Source: Octopus sinensis (Eukaryota). From it: a DNA stretch of 17,660 nucleotides. Shown here one piece after another: positions 9,727-17,660 of the stretch. The notes beneath the pieces are model-generated. The model saw only the letters and a list, made by a program, of their open reading frames with translations. It was not told the DNA's origin and made no database searches. The stretch spans positions 1-17,660 of the forward strand of contig NW_021824806.1 in the NCBI RefSeq assembly GCF_006345805.1, written 5' to 3'. Position numbers and translations under genes: made by a program. Numbering within the stretch: position 1 is the first letter of the stretch; each line of letters begins with the position of its first letter.

Positions 9727-9826
9727 AAGAAGAAGAAGAGAGAAGAAGAAGAAGAAGAAGAAGAAAGAAGAAGAGAAGAAGAAGAAAGAAGAGAAGAAGA
9801 AAGAAGAAGAAGAAGAAGAAGAAGAC
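9357..9826. repeat. Compound (TTG)(TTC)n..(TAT)n(TAG)n(AAG)n microsatellite
   Basis: (TTC)n at ~9387-9475, (TAT)n at ~9541-9596, (TAG)n at ~9596-9652 and (AAG)n at ~9652-9824. Confidence 0.95.
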
Positions 9827-9889
9827 TAGGACAGCAACAGTGAAAAACAAAAGAGATTAAAGCAGATTGTATTATTATCATTATCATTA

Positions 9890-10716
9890 AAACTTTTACA
9901 TATTATCATGAGGCTTGATGATAACGAGTCTCCTCAAATGTTGGGAATCTTTCTTGGGAATCTTGCAGAATACAGGATTGCACCTTTCTGCGACTCGCTA
10001 TTCCAATATCCTTCACTTTCTTTGACAGCTGTAATGGTATCGTTCCAAGTTCACCGATTGCTACAGGAACAATTGTTATCTTCTACAACCTCTTCATTTT
10101 CCAGGGTAGCTCCTGATATTTCTGCTTCCGTAATCTCTTTGATATGCATCCTTTTATCCCAGGGGAATTGCAAAGCCGATGATCTTACACCGTTTGTGTC
10201 TTTTTGTCCTATGCAATCGTGTTTAATTATGTTGCTTCAACAGCTTGGTCAATCATTAGGGGAAAATCTCATCAAATCAGGTAACTATTATTTGCAACAT
10301 TTGGTTCGTCTTCGTACCCCTTTACTGTCGCTTTGAATCCACTTAGCTAACATCCTAATTCATTCTTTTACAGATAACCACACCTATGCTTATATTCTTT
10401 TTGTGCTTGTTCACTGAATTCACTTAAGAGATGGTTAATACTTTCGTCTTCATTTCCACAAATTCTGCGCTTGCTCTCTGACTGAGTTTTATTAATCTTT
10501 AACGTTATCAAATTCCTTTTAACAGCTTTTTCTTGAACACCTATAACTAATGATTCAGTTTCTCTCTTTGGGCTTCCACCTGTCAGTCACAACCAGCGTC
10601 CTTTACTTTTAACATCGGTGAGTTGCATGCATTATTCAGGTGGTTCCCTTTCTTTCCAATTATTTGTTCTCTCATTCTTCCTTCTCTTCTCGAATTTTTC
10701 AATTGTTTCAGTAACT
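9890..10716 (-). mobile_element. Decayed 3' fragment of an R4/Dong-type non-LTR retrotransposon (zinc knuckle plus restriction-like endonuclease)
   Basis: Minus-strand translation with stops and frameshifts: FEKRRKNERTNNWKE..RWL*LTGGSPKRETESLVIGVQEKAVKRNLITLKINKTQSESKRRICGNEDESINHLLSEFSEQAQKEYKHR (degenerate CCHC knuckle), YEDEP..YLI**DF, DKKTQT/KIIGFAIP, KYQELPWKMKRL*KITIVPVAIGELGTIP, QKGAILYSARFPRKIPNI* (stop 9934-9936). This matches the R4/Dong C-terminus in order; a short 3' UTR and TAA/TGA-rich tail follow. Confidence 0.88.
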
Positions 10717-10720
10717 TGGG

Positions 10721-10981
10721 CACCTTTTTGAATTTCATATGACAAACACAGGCGGACATGCTTATAAAATAAAAAAACAACAACACAGCACCCATGACTT
10801 TCGGTAGTATTTTTTCACGCTCAGAATTGCTGAAGCATGGAATAAACTACCCACATCAGCTGGTAGCTGTTGAAACACTACATCCTTCAAAACTTCCATG
10901 CTTCCTGAAATCCGCCAACAGTACACTGAAAGTCTTTCTTTTTAGGCGTAGTGCACCTGAGCACTGTATACAACACTTTCC

Positions 10982-10984
<3 letters not shown>
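10721..10984 (+). mobile_element. 3' end of a CR1/L2-group LINE
   Basis: + frame from 10721 reads HLFEFHMTNTGGHAYKIKKQQHSTHDFR*YFFTLRIAEAWNKLPTSAGSC*NTTSFKTSM, matching the CR1-type ORF2 C-terminal motifs TRGH..K..R..FF..RV...WN.LP....S...FK. A short 3' end GTGCACCTGAGCACTGTATACAA and (TA)n follow. Confidence 0.82.
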
Positions 10985-11033
<49 letters not shown>

Positions 11034-11123
11034 AAATAAGGGTGAAATATAATTAATTTAATAAAATTAATAAATTTCCCTAGTAGATTTATCGGTATGG
11101 AAAAGACCATATTTGGTAAGAAT

Positions 11124-11316
11124 TATATTAATTATAATAAAGGGTTAATTGCAACAAGTTGCTCAAATACCATATACGGATTACAAATTCTGTTTGTTTG
11201 TGGAGACATTTTTATTAGTAGGAGAAATAGTGATCAATTTGGCTGCTATTTCTAATATTTTCGGTATGTGGTTTTGAGCAACTTGTTGCAATTAACCCTT
11301 TATTATAATTAATATA
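11124..11316. mobile_element. Short element bounded by a 44-bp perfect inverted repeat (MITE-like, or inverted retroelement tails)
   Basis: TATATTAATTATAATAAAGGGTTAATTGCAACAAGTTGCTCAAA (11124-11167) is the exact reverse complement of 11273-11316; ~10 bp more pair imperfectly. The right end runs into (TA)n. Confidence 0.75.
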
Positions 11317-11631
11317 TATATATATATATGAGAAGAAAAAGGAAATGGAGATTAGGAAGATTATAATAGTCTATTATTAACAAATCCATCATCATCCTTT
11401 ACAGCTGTTTCTATTAACAATCAGTGAATCTAATTAAATATTAAATTCATACGACCCGATCATATCTTCAGAGGGAAAGAAAATTTATGGATTCATTATA
11501 GCGGACTGAATGATACTATTATATATATATATACCGGAGTAAACACATAAATGTGAAACAAGGTGGAAAAAAGAGTACTCAAATACCAGTGGTAGAGTAA
11601 TATGCTTTATTATAAGCAGCAGAAAATTCAA

Positions 11632-11679
11632 CAAAATCTGTTACTCTGAGTTTCTCGTTGCCGTTCATCAGACATTTTG
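11632..11679 (-). ncRNA. Minimal type I hammerhead ribozyme motif (minus-strand copy)
   Basis: CAAAATGT-CTGATGA-A-CG-GCAA-CG-A-GAAA-CTC-A-GAG-TA|ACAGATTTTG; predicted cleavage after GUA (11644-11642). Stem I is 3 bp, a 2-nt bulge, then 5 bp. Confidence 0.7.
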
Positions 11680-11683
11680 CTAG

Positions 11684-11733
11684 CAAAAACTGTCTGATGA
11701 ACGGCAACGAGAAACTCAGAGTAACAGATTTTG
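11684..11733 (+). ncRNA. Minimal type I hammerhead ribozyme motif (plus-strand copy)
   Basis: Stem I CAAAAACTGT (11684-11693) pairs with ACAGATTTTG (11724-11733), 9 of 10. Core CTGATGA is at 11694-11700, stem II is CG-GCAA-CG with an A.A base, GAAA is at 11711-11714, stem III is ACTC-A-GAGT, and the GUA cleavage triplet is at 11721-11723. Confidence 0.75.
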
Positions 11734-11760
11734 TTGAATTTTCTGCTGCTTAAAATAAAG

Positions 11761-11784
11761 TATATATATATATATATATGTAAT

Positions 11785-11843
<59 letters not shown>

Positions 11844-11851
11844 TATATATA

Positions 11852-11889
<38 letters not shown>

Positions 11890-11900
11890 TAAGTATACAT
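11761..11900. repeat. (TA)n microsatellite
   Basis: Interrupted (TA)n directly following the palindrome. Confidence 0.95.
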
Positions 11901-12539
11901 ATTATTTTAAGGAAAGCAATTCCCTACCAAATATTAGGTATTCAACCAGTATTTCTTTAGATGAAACCATCATTTCAGGAGGCTAACACAACCTCTAATC
12001 GCATATATATATATACCTCACAATGCTGAGATTACTGTGCTAGGTAATTAACAGAAATTACTACAATAAGAAATTGCTCTTGTTTTCTACATTGAGTACT
12101 TTTCTTGTTTGCTTGCAAATTGAAATATTGTATTATCCATATAGATGCAAATATACACACACTCACATATATAAATAATTATATATATGTGTGTGTGAGT
12201 TGTGTTTATGTATATGTATATATATGTATGTGATAACATACATATATATATATACACGCACGTGCATATGTATGTATATGATATATAAGTTTATCGACCA
12301 AGCCAGCATATCCATTACCATATAATAATAAATCCAGGAAAGAAATAAAGCGATTATAAGAAAAGACAGGAAACGCATTAACAACAACAGCAGCAACAAC
12401 AACAACAACGATAAAAAACCACAGCAACAAAAAAAAAGCAAGCAAACAAGCAAGGGAGATAATAAAGTCATAACAATAACAACAATCACATCTACAGCAG
12501 ACCGAGGAATAAGTTTCCTCTTTCTGAAACCGCGTGCGT

Positions 12540-13272
<733 letters not shown>

Positions 13273-13474
13273 ATTCAAAATAGAAGCAGACACATAAGTT
13301 TAGGAATACAGAGAATCACGCAGGAAAAAAGTCATTACAGGAGGCGATTACGGTTTTCCATTAGTTAAATCCAAAAGCTAATTACCGAAGCTGTCCGGCA
13401 CCTTGGGATTAACACACTTTAACGTCACTCTCGTAGTCTCCTACCTCTTCCTCTCACTCTCCTTCAATCTGCCT

Positions 13475-14345
13475 CACACGCACACACACACACATATGCA
13501 GCCACCCACACACATACACAAGCGTACAAATACACACACACACACACACACATGCACAAATGCACACATGCACACAAGCACACGCCGTATGTCTTTTTTT
13601 TTTGCCTCGAGCTTTCTTTATATGTCTCTTTGTTTCTCGTTCTGCCTTTCTCTCTTTCTCTCTCTCTCTCTATGACTCTAACTCTCTCCGCCACACACCA
13701 CACACCACACACCACACACCACACACCGCAAACATTCACGCTCTCACCACAAACGCATACACACATACCCACACAATACATTCCTCTGTCTGGCTGTCTG
13801 TCTCTTTCTCCACTTACATACATGCATACATACACACACACATACATACATACACACATACATACACACACACATACATACATACATACGTACATACATA
13901 CATACACACGCACATGCATGCATACATACACATACATACATTCATACATACACACACATACATACATACACACATACATACACACATACATACATACATA
14001 CATTCATACATACACATATATATACATAAATTCATACATACATACACACATACATACATAAATACATAATTCATACATGCATACACACATACATACATTC
14101 ATACATACACACACACATACACACATATATACACAGACATCCTTCTCTGTCCCCTCCACACATACAAACACACACATCCACGTTCACTCCTCTCACACTC
14201 TGCCTGTCTGTCTCTCTCCTCACACACACATACCCACACATACATACATTCCTCTGTCTGTCTGTCTCTCCACTCACATAATACATACATACGCACATAC
14301 ATACACACTCCTTCTCTCTCCCTCATACAAACACACACATACACG
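13475..14345. repeat. (CA)n/(CATA)n field with a duplicated ~60-bp subunit
   Basis: CACATACCCACAC..ATACATTCCTCTGTCTG..CTGTCTCT..CCACT occurs at ~13762-13820 and ~14226-14280. Confidence 0.9.
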
Positions 14346-14384
14346 TTCACCCCTTTCAACCTCTAATGCTCTTAGCTTAGTTTT

Positions 14385-14790
14385 TCCTTGGGGTTGACCA
14401 GATTGGAGCAATCTCAAGATTAATCAGCCGAAATTGCGAGGATGATCCGGTTCTTGACTGAAGATAAAAGGCTTCGAATGACCCGTCCGTATCTTTTTGT
14501 ATCGTCTATCTGGATATTTTGTTGTCCCCTTTCTGCTGTATATAGATAACAAGGCTGGCACCTACAACAATATGACGAGGCTTTCATTGTCGGTCATATG
14601 AAGTTTAGTGCTCACGAAAGTACCAAAGGTAGCTGGAGAGTGGAGTGATATTTCTCGTGTCCAGGTTCCTGAAGGCTTGTAAACGTTGGTTTAATCTGGT
14701 CTTGAACGCGTTGGCAGCAAGACCAATGTATGTCTTGTTAGTCATAGGTTTATGAAACTTTCCTCCTAACGGTAATGTGAGTCCATCGGC
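14385..14790 (-). mobile_element. Penelope-like element 3' fragment (GIY-YIG endonuclease remnant plus probable 3' UTR)
   Basis: ORF 14829-14605 contains PLGGKF..NKTYIGLAANAFKTRLNQRLQAFRNLDTRNITPLSSYLWYFRE, matching the PLE pattern CPL.G.C..K.YIG.T...FK.R...H..SF.......T.LS.Y.W. Another frame continues ESLVILL*VPALLSIYSRKGTTKYPDRRY (PLE C-terminal like). The 3' boundary is approximate. Confidence 0.82.
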
Positions 14791-15464
14791 CACGCTGTTG
14801 TGGGAAATAAAGAAGACATCAATGGACAAGCAACAGTGATGGTCGCAGATGGAAACTTTCTAATCAGAGTTCAGAGAGACATGTGTAAATAATCACAGAA
14901 CACCGAAAAAAGAAGGGTAAGAGATAACTAGGGAGTTGTTCAAGTTATACTGAAGGCGGTAGAATTCGTGATTAGCTGTAAAGGCGGTGGTTGCTTGCAG
15001 TGGGGAAGTGGTAGTGGTGGTCGTGGTGGTGTTGGTAGCAGTAGTGTTGATGATATAGTGGTGTGGAAGGAAGTTGTTGGGGGAGGGGTAGTAGTGGAAG
15101 TGATTTTCGTAATCAGAGTGCTAGTCTTGGTGAGTGCTTGTATGAGTAGCAACAATGACAGTGGTCGCAGCAGCAGCAGCAGCAGCAGTAGTAGTTTTAT
15201 TAAATTATATTATCTTACTGTCAATGTAAGTTCGTCTTTATTACTTTCTGTATATTAACATTTCCCAGGTGTTGGTTTAAAAGCCACTTGAAATGATATC
15301 CTGTATATTACGTGTGCCTCCCTGCTTCACCCTCCCCCCTCTCTCTCTCTCTGTATACGTCTATGCGTATAAAATGTGTGTATCTGTGCGTGCATATGTA
15401 GATGTATCGTATGCATGGTGTATGTATGATATGTAATAGTTGTGCGTATACATATAATTGCAGA

Positions 15465-15467
<3 letters not shown>

Positions 15468-15543
<76 letters not shown>

Positions 15544-15615
15544 TGTATGTATGTATATATATCTATATATATATATGTATGTATGTATATGTTATACTAT
15601 ATATATATATATATA

Positions 15616-15696
<81 letters not shown>
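15468..15696. repeat. Long (TA)n microsatellite
   Basis: About 230 bp of mostly pure TA repeats. Confidence 0.95.
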
Positions 15697-15700
<4 letters not shown>

Positions 15701-15840
15701 ATCCAAACAAGAAAACACAGAAAAAAAACACAGCAACGCGAGGACGTGGAACAATTAAAGTATTATTGACGCTCAGGAAAGAAGGGAAGGAGGGTTTAAC
15801 GTTTCGAGCGGAGCTCTTCGTCGGAAACAAGGAGAAGGAA
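15697..15840 (-). mobile_element. Solo Penelope-type terminal repeat inserted in (TA)n
   Basis: 144-bp unique island flanked on both sides by (TA)n, containing a minimal hammerhead motif followed by a pyrimidine-rich tail. Confidence 0.7.
15794..15828 (-). ncRNA. Minimal hammerhead ribozyme motif (core variant CCGACGA)
   Basis: Minus strand GTTT-CCGACGA-A-GAGC-TCC-GCTC-GAAACGT-T-AAAC: 4-bp stem I, 4-bp stem II and palindromic ACGT stem III. The core differs from CUGANGA at U4. Confidence 0.65.
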
Positions 15841-15877
<37 letters not shown>

Positions 15878-16155
15878 CAAATAGATACATGCATGCGTAC
15901 ATACATATAAGTGTATACCTATGAATGCATATATATATGTATATATGTATACACATACACGAATACGTATTTATGAATACATGCGTATGTGAGTAAATCT
16001 TTGTGGTTATATGTTGTTCTACATGAGTTTCAGAGTTTTTGCATGCTTGTATAGAAAACGTCCTCTACATATGACGATGAACGTTACAACATGTGTTTAA
16101 GATTGCGTGCATATCTATGTGTTCATGGCTTCAGCTACGAATGAATTTATAAGGT

Positions 16156-16186
<31 letters not shown>

Positions 16187-16360
16187 TATATGTATGTATG
16201 TATTTCTATATATACATATATATATTATATATATGTATAATATATATATAAAATACATACATACATAAACACACACATATATATATATATATATGTATAT
16301 GTATATATACCTATGTTATGTATGTATATATATATAATATGTATATATATATATATAATA

Positions 16361-16406
<46 letters not shown>

Positions 16407-16416
16407 ATAATATATA

Positions 16417-16448
<32 letters not shown>

Positions 16449-16648
16449 AAGGAGAATTCACACAAAAAAGACGAAGACAGGTGGTGTAGAACAACAAACA
16501 GATGTATTAGTATAACGTCCAGGAAGTGAAAAAGTCTTTAACATTTTGAGCCTACGCTCTTCGGCAGAAAGGAACACAGAAAGAAACAAGGAGAGAAAAT
16601 AAAGAATGTGTAGTGGCTAGTGATCTATCATGGCGAAAATGATAGAAC
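16449..16648 (-). mobile_element. Related solo Penelope-type terminal repeat with a decayed hammerhead
   Basis: Island in TA/TATG repeats. Minus strand 16571-16536 reads CTTT-CTGCCGA-A-GAGC-GTAG-GCTC-AAAATGT-T-AAAG, the same architecture as 15794-15828 but with core substitutions. Confidence 0.6.
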
Positions 16649-17164
16649 ATATATATATATATGAGTGTGTGTGTATGTGTGTGTGTGTGGTGTGGTGTGT
16701 GTGTGTGTGTGTGTGTCTGTGTGTCCATAGATAAATATGTATGGAATATATCCGTTTTACCTTGTATTGTTGTATGAATGACAATGTGAATGAGTGTGTG
16801 CCTGCGTGTGCGTACCTGCACCCGTGTGTGTGCATGCGCGCGTTCGTGTGTCTGTGTGTGTATCCATGTGTATGTCCGTGTGTGTCTGTCTGTCAGTCTC
16901 TCTCTCTTCCCCTCTCTCTCTCTCTCTCCCCTTTACTCTCGGTCTCTATTTATTTGTAGAATTATTACAGTGCTGTTATCAGTCCACGGAAGAAATCCCA
17001 AGAGCTAAGCTTTAACGTTGGTCTAAATAGGTTTAGCGATTAATTTACTCCACGTATCAGTTCTAACTTTCTTTCATGATGGCTACTTCCTGCCATTTAT
17101 TACACTCAACTCCACTCCCCCCCACACATACACATACATGCATGCGGACATACATTCACATATA

Positions 17165-17301
17165 ATACATAATATATAATGCACTCGCACATACACACAC
17201 ATATGTATGTATGTATGTATGTATGTATGTGTGCGTGCTTGTACATAATATATATGTATATATACACATGCATAGTATTATATATGTATATATATATATG
17301 T

Positions 17302-17332
<31 letters not shown>

Positions 17333-17630
17333 CATGTATGTATGTATACATATATATAATATATATATATCTATATCTTTCTCTCTCTCTCCTCTCTCTC
17401 TCCCGCCTCTCTCTCTCCCTTCTCCCTCTCTCTCTATATACATATATATATATATATACACCTACACATATATACATGTATGTATGTGTACATATAAATA
17501 AATATATTTATGTATATATATACACTGAAAGATGTATATAATCTATATGATAAAAATTTGTGCTAATACATACATATGCATGCATGCATGTATGTGTGTG
17601 TCAAAGTGTGTGCGTGACTGCGTGTGTATA
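17165..17630. repeat. (TA)/(CA)/(TATG)/(CT) compound microsatellite
   Basis: Mixed dinucleotide and tetranucleotide repeats to the window end. Confidence 0.9.
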
Positions 17631-17660
17631 TATTCATAACATGGAAGAGTACATTATGGT

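Larger units (their letters stand above)
11533..11760. mobile_element. Penelope-like terminal repeat with an inverted partial duplicate (fold-back), embedded in (TA)n
   Basis: 70-bp arms at 11605-11674 and 11691-11760 (62 bp perfect plus 1 mismatch). The left arm continues ~70 bp further as a unique tail to (TA)n. Each arm has a minimal hammerhead motif of the kind found in Penelope pseudo-LTRs. Confidence 0.75.

Noticed and set aside
9908-10336. 142-aa plus-strand ORF
   Set aside because: It is the antisense shadow of the decayed R4/Dong ORF.
11060-11100. Hammerhead-like CCGATAA..GGGAAA on the minus strand
   Set aside because: Two core mismatches, weak stem II and no convincing stem I or III in this copy.
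11435-11475. CTGAAGA-TATGA/TCGTA hairpin-T-GAAT on the minus strand
   Set aside because: GAAA is replaced by GAAT and no stem III or stem I can be built; at best a decayed motif.
13290-13440. Unique island with TAATTA-type motifs between repeat fields
   Set aside because: No ORF, splice pair or recognisable repeat; nothing supportable from sequence alone.
14450-14495. CTGAAGA..GAAT on the plus strand near the Penelope fragment
   Set aside because: Antisense to the GIY-YIG frame, lacks GAAA, and has no stem I partner.

Overview
Eukaryotic, AT-rich, repeat-saturated non-coding DNA. The SINE families and microsatellite load point to an octopus/cephalopod genome (inference from recognised repeats, not a database search). 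I find no intact protein-coding gene; almost all tracked ORFs are translations of (TA)/(CA)/(TATG)/(AAT)/(AAC)/(TTC) microsatellites. The informative content is retroelement debris: about ten pieces of tRNA-derived CORE-type SINEs (one family with three alternative 3' tails, plus a second family), a decayed R4/Dong-type restriction-like-endonuclease retrotransposon fused head-to-head to a CR1-like LINE 3' end, a Penelope GIY-YIG fragment, and several short Penelope-type termini in (TA)n that carry minimal hammerhead ribozyme motifs. The most striking structure is a ~156-bp near-perfect palindrome (11605-11760) with a complete hammerhead motif on each strand. There is also an unidentified ~1.1-kb decayed reading frame on the minus strand (6366-7410).
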